Source: an uncultured virus (IMG/VR IMGVR_UViG_3300037882_001470)
Lineage: Duplodnaviria > Heunggongvirae > Uroviricota > Caudoviricetes
DNA length: 20,000 bases
Virus record (IMG/VR): IMGVR_UViG_3300037882_001470
Strand: one strand, 5' to 3'
Shown here: in pieces, positions 8,838 to 16,720 of the stretch
Layout: every line of letters starts with the position of its first letter
Numbering within the stretch: the first letter of the stretch is position 1
Made by a program: the position numbers and the translations under genes
Notes under the pieces: generated by a model
What the model was told of the DNA's origin: nothing
Seen by the model: only the letters and a program-made list of their open reading frames with translations
Databases searched by the model: none

Positions 8838-9341
8838 CTACGCGTTTACCTGCGCCAACAGCTCTTCGGCCTGCGTTATAGCGCCTTGTATGGCCTCGCT
8901 ACGTCCATTAAACGTTTCCGCAACTATCACCAAGTTACGAAGAATTCGCAACAGATTCGGAATGTCGACTTCCGGGTCGTTCAACTCCGAGCACGCATTC
9001 ACACATGATTTGATTCGAGGGATCACTTCTTTATCGAGTGGGACTGACTTGTTTATATCGCTACCGCCTGCGTAGTTGATTACAATCGATAGCTCCCGGA
9101 CTTGGTCATTTAATCCGGACGCAACCAATGTTCGATTATAATTCCCGTGAGTTGTCAGCCTCATCTTCGTCGGAGGTGTGACTGGCTCCTCGCACGGCCC
9201 GAATCGCCCACGGGCCTGCGCAATTGTTTCTTCCTTGTCGAACGAACCATACTGCCAATCAACCAATATACTACCATCTGGGTGCGTGATCTTATACACC
9301 CATTGAAAATTACCGTCCTGTTTTAGAATGAGTTTGTTCAT
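8838..9341 (-). CDS. Hypothetical protein, 167 aa
   Basis: Start moved to MNKLI (ATG 9341, ATGA); TAG-TAA double stop; RIKSCVNAC segment. Confidence 0.8.
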   Translation of the reverse strand: MNKLILKQDGNFQWVYKITHPDGSILVDWQYGSFDKEETIAQARGRFGPCEEPVTPPTKMRLTTHGNYNRTLVASGLNDQVRELSIVINYAGGSDINKSVPLDKEVIPRIKSCVNACSELNDPEVDIPNLLRILRNLVIVAETFNGRSEAIQGAITQAEELLAQVNA

Positions 9342-9631
9342 TGCGCTAGACTCGGCCATGTTTTAAGTAGCCGTGCACGTATCTCGTCGACAGTTCCCAG
9401 AGTGTTGCCAGTCTCCGTGTAGGGGCCCTCCCCGCACCGGTGAACGACTAATGCCCCATCGAACTTAGAGAGCCACTCATACTGCGCTTTGTCCCAATCG
9501 CGTTGTGTCATCCAGTCCTGACACGTCAATGTCCGCCCGTCTGGCACTGCGGTGTATCGCCCGTATTGTGAGTTCCATCCGCAGAAGTCGTGCGCGATAA
9601 ATTTTGTGTCTGTCGTTTCAGAGTTTTCCAT
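9338..9631 (-). CDS. Hypothetical protein, 97 aa
   Basis: Start moved to MENSE (ATG 9631); ATGA at the end. Confidence 0.8.
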   Translation of the reverse strand: MENSETTDTKFIAHDFCGWNSQYGRYTAVPDGRTLTCQDWMTQRDWDKAQYEWLSKFDGALVVHRCGEGPYTETGNTLGTVDEIRARLLKTWPSLAQ

Positions 9632-9636
9632 ATTGG

Positions 9637-9738
9637 TTACCAGAACCCGATCCACCGGCGTTCCCATCCGCATCCCATGCCTTTCATGACATGCACTAAT
9701 TCGTATCTGTTTTTAGGGGTGTAAATAGTTGGTCTCAT
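9637..9738 (-). CDS. Putative 33-aa microprotein MRPTIYTPKNRYELVHVMKGMGCGWERRWIGFW
   Basis: Translated by hand. The ATG overlaps the upstream TGA (ATGA), the TAA ends 5 nt before the next ATG, and it fills the gap exactly. Confidence 0.55.
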   Translation of the reverse strand: MRPTIYTPKNRYELVHVMKGMGCGWERRWIGFW

Positions 9739-10259
9739 TGTTTCTCTTGTAGTCTTTTCGCGCAGGCCATGGCTTCATCTTTTGTGTATTGAAAGCCGTA
9801 ACATCCGCACAAGCTTTCCAGGACTTCACCGCTGTCGTCCTCGATTGAATACTCCCATACGTCTCCAGAGACGTATTGATTCCATATCGCAATCTCGGAC
9901 TTTGCGCGATCACGAGCCTCGGTCTCCTTATAATCCTTCTTACAGACGAACACAAACCCGAGCCGGGAGACATCCCATTGCCGATCTGGGAAGTTCCCTT
10001 CTCCGGCGAGTGCCAGAACTACACCGCCGTGGATGTATGCCTCCAGTGGAAATACCCAATGTGTCTTCTTGTAGCGCTTTATCAGTTCTCCTGCGTCTTC
10101 GGGACAGCGCTTTTGTCCAGGCTCTGTGACGTAAAAGTCGCTGTGATTAGCGACAATGAACACATCCTTATTCCCCCATTGTCTCGGGGACTCTGCGTTC
10201 TCGTCCTGTTCGATCTTTACGGTGAAAGGGCCTACTTTGAATTCTTTCTCTTCACTCAT
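9735..10259 (-). CDS. Conserved-looking phage/MGE hypothetical protein, 174 aa (SPR.W…PL..Y.H.G…WD….GF…W.QY..G.V…SLCG.YG)
   Basis: Start moved to MSEEK (ATG 10259, ATGA). The motif series matches a widespread MGE family as I recall it. Confidence 0.85.
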   Translation of the reverse strand: MSEEKEFKVGPFTVKIEQDENAESPRQWGNKDVFIVANHSDFYVTEPGQKRCPEDAGELIKRYKKTHWVFPLEAYIHGGVVLALAGEGNFPDRQWDVSRLGFVFVCKKDYKETEARDRAKSEIAIWNQYVSGDVWEYSIEDDSGEVLESLCGCYGFQYTKDEAMACAKRLQEKQ

Positions 10260-10537
10260 TGCTTCCAGCCTCCGAGCCTCAACACGATACCTTCGAGAAT
10301 CGTCGTCCACTGCCTTTCTGATTTCATCGGACGTTCGGCCAGTTCTTTTAGGACTGCATCGGATTCTACCCCATTGTATCCCAACACTGTGTTCTGCGCT
10401 AGAAAGCACGCCATCTGATACGACACACATTGTAAGTAGTCTTCTCGTTCTACTTCTCCTATAGGCCACGCCTCCTCATCGTCGATATGCTCTTGTGCGT
10501 AGTGGCAGGCTTTAGCCATAAAGCTTAAAAGGTTCAT
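10256..10537 (-). CDS. Hypothetical protein, 93 aa
   Basis: ATGA at both ends. Confidence 0.8.
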   Translation of the reverse strand: MNLLSFMAKACHYAQEHIDDEEAWPIGEVEREDYLQCVSYQMACFLAQNTVLGYNGVESDAVLKELAERPMKSERQWTTILEGIVLRLGGWKQ

Positions 10538-10803
10538 GGTTTCGATGGCATAAAATGCACGCTCTCGAAGTGCCCCACAATAACTCCGTCCAATTCAACC
10601 GTAGTTCCATCTGGCAACCTTCCAACCTCTTCGTTGCAGTTGCGCAGTGAATAGAGACACCTGTTCAAGTCCTCGCCCGGTCCGTCCGGTATTGCGGCGT
10701 CGTCAATACCAACCCGCTCACATAGAAGTGTCTTAGCTTCAGCGTCCCAGTTCTCGACTGGTGCGTAGATTAATCCGCCCTCTCTAATCAGTTTCAAAGC
10801 CAT
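10534..10803 (-). CDS. Hypothetical acidic protein, 89 aa
   Basis: Short overlap with the upstream gene; ATGA at the end. Confidence 0.75.
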   Translation of the reverse strand: MALKLIREGGLIYAPVENWDAEAKTLLCERVGIDDAAIPDGPGEDLNRCLYSLRNCNEEVGRLPDGTTVELDGVIVGHFESVHFMPSKP

Positions 10804-11318
10804 GACTTTGGTGTTATTGCAATACGCACGTGCTCTGGAAACTTCGCAATACGTGCTTCGTTAATCGCGGCGTAATCGTAACCTTCAATCTGTGTATCCT
10901 CCCAAGTCAATAGCCACAAGAACGGTCTTACTTTCCATTGCTCCAGAATCGTTCCTGATTCCCGAAGCGCGTCTAAGAAACGTTGTAGGCCCTGCCTCAC
11001 ATCTTTGCGAACATCATACACAAGCCCGATGTCGGTGTCTTTACAACCGAAGCTACACTCCGGCAAGATCTCGTATGACCTCGCGTCGTCGGATCGTTTC
11101 TGATAATTTAGATACACAGACGTTTTGTCTATCTTCTTACCGTTGTAGCTGTATGTAAACAGCAGCACTCCCTGCCGCCATAGAACCCACAGCTTGTCTT
11201 TCGTGGAGGCAATGACTTCTTCAAGAATAAGCTCGAACCCCAATTCCAACAATACGTCCAGATACTCATCTATTGACTGTGTGCTCGCGTCAATGTCGCG
11301 ATGTTGTTCAGAACTCAT
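10794..11318 (-). CDS. Hypothetical protein, 174 aa
   Basis: Tiles the array; aromatic motif PFLWLLTWED…YDY..IN..RI. Confidence 0.85.
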   Translation of the reverse strand: MSSEQHRDIDASTQSIDEYLDVLLELGFELILEEVIASTKDKLWVLWRQGVLLFTYSYNGKKIDKTSVYLNYQKRSDDARSYEILPECSFGCKDTDIGLVYDVRKDVRQGLQRFLDALRESGTILEQWKVRPFLWLLTWEDTQIEGYDYAAINEARIAKFPEHVRIAITPKSWL

Positions 11319-12147
11319 GTTTTGTCCTTTCTAAAATATACCCACTAGCGTTGCATCTTCCGCAATTTATTCCACCCGGAAGGACTCTACGTGCGTTGCA
11401 CTTGGGGCAAGGCTTCTTCTCCTCTATAATCAAGACGCGCTTGCCGGACTCCACAGAGAACACCGGGTAAGGTGCTTCGTCGTTGTCAAAGAAATCGTGC
11501 CCGAGGCAGAAGACCTTCGGAAACCCTGCATTCTCTGCGGCGCGCTCGTATAGAACGTTGCCCGCGCGTAGGCGCGGCTCCAGCACTGGGTTCCATTCGA
11601 AGTGGTTGTTCAGGTTGCCGGCGCCGGGCACGCATGGAGAGCAGAATTGCGCATACGTGTAATATGGAGATTTAATTACGAACACATCTGTTCGCAGGCA
11701 ATCTTGAAGGATGTAGCCGTCCTCCTCCCATCGCCATTCGTTCTCACCCCCGTGGTCGTAACGATCGTTGAACGCCTGCTCTACGATTTCCCACAGAGCG
11801 TCGGAATCCTCTTCGCTCGGCTTTCCTTTTTTGACAACGCCGCGCCATACCTCTAGCAAGTCCTCGAAGTGCGCCTTTAACGCGCGCTCTCCAAAGTTCT
11901 GTCGGATGTGTAATTCGCGCACTACCCGATCCTTATTCGCTGCGAACGTTGCAATCAGTGAGAGCTTCGCTTCCTTGACTGCTGCCTCGTAACTGAGGTC
12001 CTTCGCGTTGGCGTGAATCTCTGACATGACGTCGGGCTGAATCGTATTCTGGCTGATCACCCCGTAACGTATGTCCTTTTCAATATCCCGATTAACGGTG
12101 CTTCCGGGATGGCTGTAATCTATACCGACGTATTGTGGTTCACTCAT
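11308..12147 (-). CDS. Hypothetical protein, 279 aa, internal FCSPCVPGAG motif and C-terminal DnaJ-like Zn finger
   Basis: Start moved to MSEPQ (ATG 12147, ATGA); CPKCNAR…CGRCNASG. Confidence 0.85.
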   Translation of the reverse strand: MSEPQYVGIDYSHPGSTVNRDIEKDIRYGVISQNTIQPDVMSEIHANAKDLSYEAAVKEAKLSLIATFAANKDRVVRELHIRQNFGERALKAHFEDLLEVWRGVVKKGKPSEEDSDALWEIVEQAFNDRYDHGGENEWRWEEDGYILQDCLRTDVFVIKSPYYTYAQFCSPCVPGAGNLNNHFEWNPVLEPRLRAGNVLYERAAENAGFPKVFCLGHDFFDNDEAPYPVFSVESGKRVLIIEEKKPCPKCNARRVLPGGINCGRCNASGYILERTKHEF

Positions 12148-12842
12148 TGTGTAGATTTTTCGTGGGTCACAAGATCGCCCGCGGCTATCCCGTTTATCAT
12201 CTCCAGACGCTGGGAGGCCCATAGGCAGTATCTGGCCATAGCGGCTTGCTCGTCACCGGTCCATGTCCATTCGTGTGGGCTACAAGTTACCCACATCGCT
12301 GACTCCACTACCTTCTGTCTAGCCTCTATGGGCATATTGACTTGCGTGAATCCATGCCCCAACTTCACTAGTTGCGATGGATCATTTTCTTTAGCTGCCA
12401 CTTCCCGCGATGGCTCCGCTCTTTGTGAGGCGAGATCCATCAAGTCCTCCATCATCGATAGTCCCTTCGCACACAGGTAGGCGTCCAGATGCATTTCAAC
12501 CGTAGCATCCATTACTAAAAAACATTCCTGCGCGGTTTCCGGGGCGTATGCTGCTTTAAGCGTAATCTGTAACAGAAACCGCGCATACGATTCTTTCTCG
12601 GAATCAGTCAGTCGTTCTCGCGCCGACGCCATCGCGTCGAGTGACTCGTTATACGCCGGGACAAATCCGTGAATACCTTTGGAGTTTTGAAGAACTGGAT
12701 TTTTCTTGAAAGGCCAGTCGCCCAGCTTTCGCCAGCCCATCATCCCAGTGACGTGATTCGTAAGGTCCGTCCATCCATCCGCTCTCGCACATAGGGTCAT
12801 CTTTTCTTCGGGCTTTAATTCGGTTAGTGTTTTAACTCTCAT
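12144..12842 (-). CDS. Two-module hypothetical protein, 232 aa; N-terminal GW…PAYNESLDAM domain (putative paralogue of 1417..1899 and 5244..5606)
   Basis: ATGA at both ends; shared motifs described in findings. Confidence 0.85.
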   Translation of the reverse strand: MRVKTLTELKPEEKMTLCARADGWTDLTNHVTGMMGWRKLGDWPFKKNPVLQNSKGIHGFVPAYNESLDAMASARERLTDSEKESYARFLLQITLKAAYAPETAQECFLVMDATVEMHLDAYLCAKGLSMMEDLMDLASQRAEPSREVAAKENDPSQLVKLGHGFTQVNMPIEARQKVVESAMWVTCSPHEWTWTGDEQAAMARYCLWASQRLEMINGIAAGDLVTHEKSTQ

Positions 12843-13093
12843 GATGTCTTTGCTTTACTGGCGTCATCGGCAAACATCCGATTTGCAGCGTTCAACGCCG
12901 ATGTGTCGGATTTGTAGTGGTAAGATTTACCAATCAATAACGGCATGTGGGTAGCGTTAAAGACCTGCCAACTTCTCGTCAGTCTATTCCATCTTACCCA
13001 TGTTCGGTGTTCGGCGTTATACCAGAAGTATGGCTTACCTCCGGTTGTTGTGGTTGGACATTTCAACCAACCGTCCAGATTGGGTTTACTCAT
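12839..13093 (-). CDS. Hypothetical protein, 84 aa, Trp/Tyr-rich
   Basis: ATG 13093 (ATGA), preceded by GGAGGAG; ATGA at the end. Confidence 0.8.
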   Translation of the reverse strand: MSKPNLDGWLKCPTTTTGGKPYFWYNAEHRTWVRWNRLTRSWQVFNATHMPLLIGKSYHYKSDTSALNAANRMFADDASKAKTS

Positions 13094-13344
13094 CGCTCCT
13101 CCAGATAACACCGCCGCGCGCTTTCAAGCGCCTCCTCGAACGTTGACTCACGCGTAGCTTGCTCCCGATCTGCCAAGTGCATTAGGTCGCACAGCATATC
13201 TTGCAGGTCCGCGCCGTCCGGGCGTTCTGTGCCGATATATGCGTTTAATGCTCTCTGTGCACGATCCGCCCTGTCGCCGTTGGTCGTCCCACTAAAGCCT
13301 GCGTCTCTACGCGGACGGAACTTAAACTTTTGGTTGCCGGTCAT
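13090..13344 (-). CDS. Hypothetical helical protein, about 84 aa (N..RA.RA..AL..Y…DMLCDLMHLAD…FE.AL..AR..Y.EE)
   Basis: Start moved to MTGNQ to reduce overlap; ATGA at the end. Pattern recalled from a phage/MGE unknown-function family. Confidence 0.8.
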   Translation of the reverse strand: MTGNQKFKFRPRRDAGFSGTTNGDRADRAQRALNAYIGTERPDGADLQDMLCDLMHLADREQATRESTFEEALESARRCYLEER

Positions 13345-13858
13345 AAGATTGCCATAGCTCAACAAGTCCGCATGTGCATTCCTCATGCGCCGAGCAGTCC
13401 TCTTTATGTCGTGAGTATTTTCGCAGTTCCTCTATGTGCGTCACGCTGTGCAATGCTGCGCCTACAAGCGCACAGGCCTCGGCAAAGTCGCCACATACTT
13501 TCTCGGCGTAGGAACGCATCACCGCTTCGAATTCCGGCGGTGAATACGTTGCCAGGAACTTCAATGTCGCGAGCTCCATTTTGGTGTTTTGACATAGCGC
13601 CTTTCGAACCACATGAACTTGCGCCTCTGCGTCACTATTAAATATGTCGGATTCCTCAATAGCTTGAAGTTCAAATGGTCGATACCCATACGGCTCGCCG
13701 TTTACGATCTGTTCAGTAACCGATTTGTCGTCTGGGTCACGACCTGTGCTGAATATCTCCCAGCCATCACGTATTGCGTCTGTATTGAATTGCGTGTGCC
13801 ACTCAGCGATTGCTTCTTCTGGTGTTCTCACTTTTTGTTTACGTTTAGCGGGGTTCAT
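13322..13858 (-). CDS. Hypothetical protein, 178 aa, C-terminal H…C…CxCGL metal-binding motif
   Basis: ATGA start; HKEDCSAHEECTCGL. Confidence 0.8.
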   Translation of the reverse strand: MNPAKRKQKVRTPEEAIAEWHTQFNTDAIRDGWEIFSTGRDPDDKSVTEQIVNGEPYGYRPFELQAIEESDIFNSDAEAQVHVVRKALCQNTKMELATLKFLATYSPPEFEAVMRSYAEKVCGDFAEACALVGAALHSVTHIEELRKYSRHKEDCSAHEECTCGLVELWQSYDRQPKV

Positions 13859-14034
13859 TCAGTAACCTCCACGCAGCTATCCGTGACTTCCGTATATCTC
13901 TCCTGAACGTCCGGGCCTGTCACGGAAACGTCGAACTCTTCATGTGCTTTCTCGCACGCTTCTTTATCGTTCTCTGCTGACACCCGCACCGTCTTCGTGA
14001 CCGTTGCGGTAATTGTTACATCGAATGTTCTCAT
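13855..14034 (-). CDS. Small protein, 59 aa, DpnD/PcfM-like pattern
   Basis: ATG 14034 (ATGA). MRTFDVTITATVTKTVRVSAENDKEACEKAHEEF matches the F.V.I…..V.V.A….EA…A pattern of DpnD/PcfM-like proteins from recall. Confidence 0.7.
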   Translation of the reverse strand: MRTFDVTITATVTKTVRVSAENDKEACEKAHEEFDVSVTGPDVQERYTEVTDSCVEVTE

Positions 14035-14336
14035 TGTTGTATTTTTGGTTTCACCCATTTGTAATTCACGTCGACACGCAATGTAAGCCACTTCGTGAAT
14101 ACGTGTTTTCTCGGCACCGCAGTGCCGGCGTTTAACTCGACGATCTCGCCTTTCTTATAAGCTTTACAGTCTTGCATTATTCGGACACGGATCTTACCAG
14201 ACAATGCCTCGCGCCCGTTACCCTCCTCTACGACTTCGACGCACACACCGTTCGGTTTACCTGAGAATGGGAAATCGCACATCACCTTCTCGCCAGTCGT
14301 GTATTCCTGAACCTCACTGAAGCGCCTACGCCTCAC
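14031..14336 (-). CDS. Hypothetical protein, 101 aa, SH3-like beta barrel
   Basis: GTGA-coupled start; YTTGEKV…GVCVEVV…IRVRI…YKKGEIVEL. Confidence 0.75.
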   Translation of the reverse strand: MRRRRFSEVQEYTTGEKVMCDFPFSGKPNGVCVEVVEEGNGREALSGKIRVRIMQDCKAYKKGEIVELNAGTAVPRKHVFTKWLTLRVDVNYKWVKPKIQQ

Positions 14337-14695
14337 ACCTGCGGAAATAACTGCTGCCTGAATTCGCGACCATTTACCTTATTGCTGTCGATGCGAAGTC
14401 CTAGCTCCTTAGTCACCTTCACAATGCGCATGGCTGTGTCGAGCCACACGCACACCAGTCCTGGACGAGCCATCAATATGCTCCCGGCGCCGACTTGTTT
14501 AACTTCGATACGGGCAGGCTGCAGCATCCCGACGAGATAGGACAACGCTTCCGTCGTCCACAACTTTCCATTTAGCTCTGAAACGCAGTCTGTCGGACCT
14601 ACGTAGATCTGATTGCCGTCTATTCGCGTCTGTGCCTGCGCTTTGCATCCGTAAGTTGCTAGGTCCTTAAAATTGAAGTCTACTTGTATGCTCAT
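14333..14695 (-). CDS. Hypothetical protein, 120 aa, possible I78/I13 protease-inhibitor-like fold
   Basis: ATG 14695 (ATGA). ELNGK…LQPARIEV…G….MARPGLVCVWLD..MRIVKV loosely follows the I78/I13 pattern; function is speculative. Confidence 0.75.
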   Translation of the reverse strand: MSIQVDFNFKDLATYGCKAQAQTRIDGNQIYVGPTDCVSELNGKLWTTEALSYLVGMLQPARIEVKQVGAGSILMARPGLVCVWLDTAMRIVKVTKELGLRIDSNKVNGREFRQQLFPQV

Positions 14696-14895
14696 GTCCC
14701 GGCACCCCATGTTTCTGGATCTACTCGTCTCGCCAATCTAAGCGCAATGACCCTCTGTATCGTATGTATCGCAGTTCTAACGTCCTGGTCTTCATCGCTG
14801 AGTCTTCCGGACATTAATAACCAATTATTCCATATATCCGTGGTTTGGTTCAATATCGACTTCTCCTTTTCGGTGTGCCTATGTGGTATGCTCAT
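14692..14895 (-). CDS. Hypothetical helical protein, 67 aa
   Basis: Start moved to MSIPH (ATG 14895, 2 nt after the upstream stop); ATGA at the end. Confidence 0.75.
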   Translation of the reverse strand: MSIPHRHTEKEKSILNQTTDIWNNWLLMSGRLSDEDQDVRTAIHTIQRVIALRLARRVDPETWGAGT

Positions 14896-14897
14896 GT

Positions 14898-15128
14898 TTA
14901 TTCCTGTAGCTCGATAATTGCAGCGCACGGTATTGGTGGGTATCGAAAAACCACCGACTTCGTTCTACTATTCTGCGTCTCGCGGATCAGCATCGTTATC
15001 ACTTTCTCCTCTGACAGCCCGGAAGCTTTCGCCACGTGCTTTACGAGAAGTGGCCCGGGTCGTTCGTTTAAGACCGCTGCACACGCGTTCCACAGCGATT
15101 CTCCTGTGTCCTCATTTGCCTCATCCAT
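14898..15128 (-). CDS. Hypothetical protein, 76 aa, possible winged-helix/HTH-like
   Basis: Tiles the array. LLVKHVAKASGLSEEKVITML resembles an HTH (weak). Confidence 0.7.
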   Translation of the reverse strand: MDEANEDTGESLWNACAAVLNERPGPLLVKHVAKASGLSEEKVITMLIRETQNSRTKSVVFRYPPIPCAAIIELQE

Positions 15129-15330
15129 TTGCAGAGTCGTTAAATATCTCTACGCCCGGCATCATACGTTTGAACTTGTTCGACACCGCAAGCGGCACCG
15201 GAATCTTAATACCTCTTCGTGGATGATACGGCAGAACGACAAACAGCCATACCCATCTGCCTTCTTCCAAAGACGCAACGTATACGCAGCCATTATGTTT
15301 GAACGTAATATCGGTTACTGTCGATTTCAT
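15121..15330 (-). CDS. Hypothetical protein, 69 aa
   Basis: Start moved to MKSTV (ATG 15330, ATGA overlap). Confidence 0.7.
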   Translation of the reverse strand: MKSTVTDITFKHNGCVYVASLEEGRWVWLFVVLPYHPRRGIKIPVPLAVSNKFKRMMPGVEIFNDSANG

Positions 15331-15530
15331 TCTACATCCCCTGTGCAGTAAGCACATACACGTGCTTCCGGGATCGGTTTTCCGTCCGACTCACAAACAC
15401 GTATCTCACTCACCTCCATAGCCAGCGTGATGCCCTGGATGTCGTCTGCGTCCATAGTCGCCGGCACCAGCAAATACAGTTCGCACGTCGCGGTGACTCG
15501 CTTCATACCTTCCGGCGTTTCTTGCGGCAT
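15327..15530 (-). CDS. Hypothetical acidic protein, 67 aa
   Basis: TAATG coupling at the start and ATGA at the end. Confidence 0.75.
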   Translation of the reverse strand: MPQETPEGMKRVTATCELYLLVPATMDADDIQGITLAMEVSEIRVCESDGKPIPEARVCAYCTGDVE

Positions 15531-15913
15531 TAGAACGCTCCTTTCGTGATGTTCGAGAACGTCGAGTCTCGGAAGTCAGTTTGAAGCGCCGCCACCTGCC
15601 ATGTCGACTCCTCTGGCTTCACAGGAAACACAGTTACCCCGTCGCGTTCCTTCATCCAGTCGTCAGGCGGTCCACCAGCCAGCTTGACGAGGTCGGATAG
15701 TTGTTCGTCGATCACTATCGAGTGAATCGACCCGTTGTCGTTGAACCGCACACTCACGGACGGATCGTCGTGACCCACAGGCGTCACGAGAACCTGTAAT
15801 TTTGGCTTGTTTAGACCATACCAGTCCATTTGCACAAACACGGGGTCTGACTCCCCAGGTAAGACGAACTCAAGCTCCCTGGCACTCTTCGGCCTATTGT
15901 CTTTATCGATCAT
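15530..15913 (-). CDS. Hypothetical protein, 127 aa
   Basis: ATGA start coupling; TAATG stop-start overlap with the next gene. Confidence 0.8.
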   Translation of the reverse strand: MIDKDNRPKSARELEFVLPGESDPVFVQMDWYGLNKPKLQVLVTPVGHDDPSVSVRFNDNGSIHSIVIDEQLSDLVKLAGGPPDDWMKERDGVTVFPVKPEESTWQVAALQTDFRDSTFSNITKGAF

Positions 15914-16716
15914 TTCCCGGCCTCCGTTTTCGTTTCGCCGACGAACTTATCTGAGGCGAGAAGAGCAGACGCGAGTAGCCCTCGCCCTGCGTCACCACCG
16001 GCCTGCAACGTCGCCATGTCTGCGCTCACGCGTAGCTGTTGGGCCGTCTTAGGTAGATCCTGGATACGGGTCTCGATGTGGTCCACTGTGGTCTGCGCCG
16101 CCTTTACCTCCGCGTGCAGTGCGTTGATGTTCGCGATTTCTGTCTTATCTTGTTTGGTCAGACTCACGATCATTACCCAACCATCGGTTTTTACGCCGAT
16201 GCTCTTCACGTCGGGCTTCCCCATACCGTATGGATACACCGTATCGCCGTCACGCAGGTCGTCAATGCTCGACGACTTCGAACCGCCGATCATCATTGGA
16301 GCTTCACAGTTCAGCGTAACCTGCGCGTGGAATCGTGTAATTGGCTTACCCAGAAACACACTGCTGATCTCCGGAATATCAATGCGATTCACCAGAAGCG
16401 CAGGTGTCGTTTTCCCGCGCATCACCGCGCCCAACGCTTTGGACAATGCCTTCAGTTCTGGGGAAGACAGCACCAGCGCACTGATGCTATCGGTGATGCG
16501 ATCTCTGAACGTGAGTTCCGCCTTGTGCAGCGCTGTGTTTGCGAGTCCCCGCTTTGAATTCGCATCGCTCAGCATCCCTGTAAGACGCGCTTTTGTCTGC
16601 GCCTCGAACACGCGGATACTGGCGTCGGTCTGGGAGGCGTGCATCACAAGGGAGTCCGCGACTGCGGTTGATGTGACGGCTGAAGTAATGACTGTTGGTG
16701 TTTGTGGACTGTTCAT
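15910..16716 (-). CDS. Hypothetical protein, 268 aa, two helical/coiled-coil arms flanking a beta-rich insert
   Basis: Long ORF; Ala/Thr/Ser-rich; heptads IANINALHAEVKAAQTTVDHIETRIQDL; stop overlaps next ATG (ATGA). Confidence 0.85.
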   Translation of the reverse strand: MNSPQTPTVITSAVTSTAVADSLVMHASQTDASIRVFEAQTKARLTGMLSDANSKRGLANTALHKAELTFRDRITDSISALVLSSPELKALSKALGAVMRGKTTPALLVNRIDIPEISSVFLGKPITRFHAQVTLNCEAPMMIGGSKSSSIDDLRDGDTVYPYGMGKPDVKSIGVKTDGWVMIVSLTKQDKTEIANINALHAEVKAAQTTVDHIETRIQDLPKTAQQLRVSADMATLQAGGDAGRGLLASALLASDKFVGETKTEAGK

Positions 16717-16720
16717 GGGT

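Noticed and set aside
14686..14897. 12-nt direct repeat GTATGCTCATGT at 14686 and 14886
   Set aside because: Both copies are gene starts (AC-ATG-AGC-ATA-C, Met-Ser-Ile). Only two copies; probably shared start context or chance.
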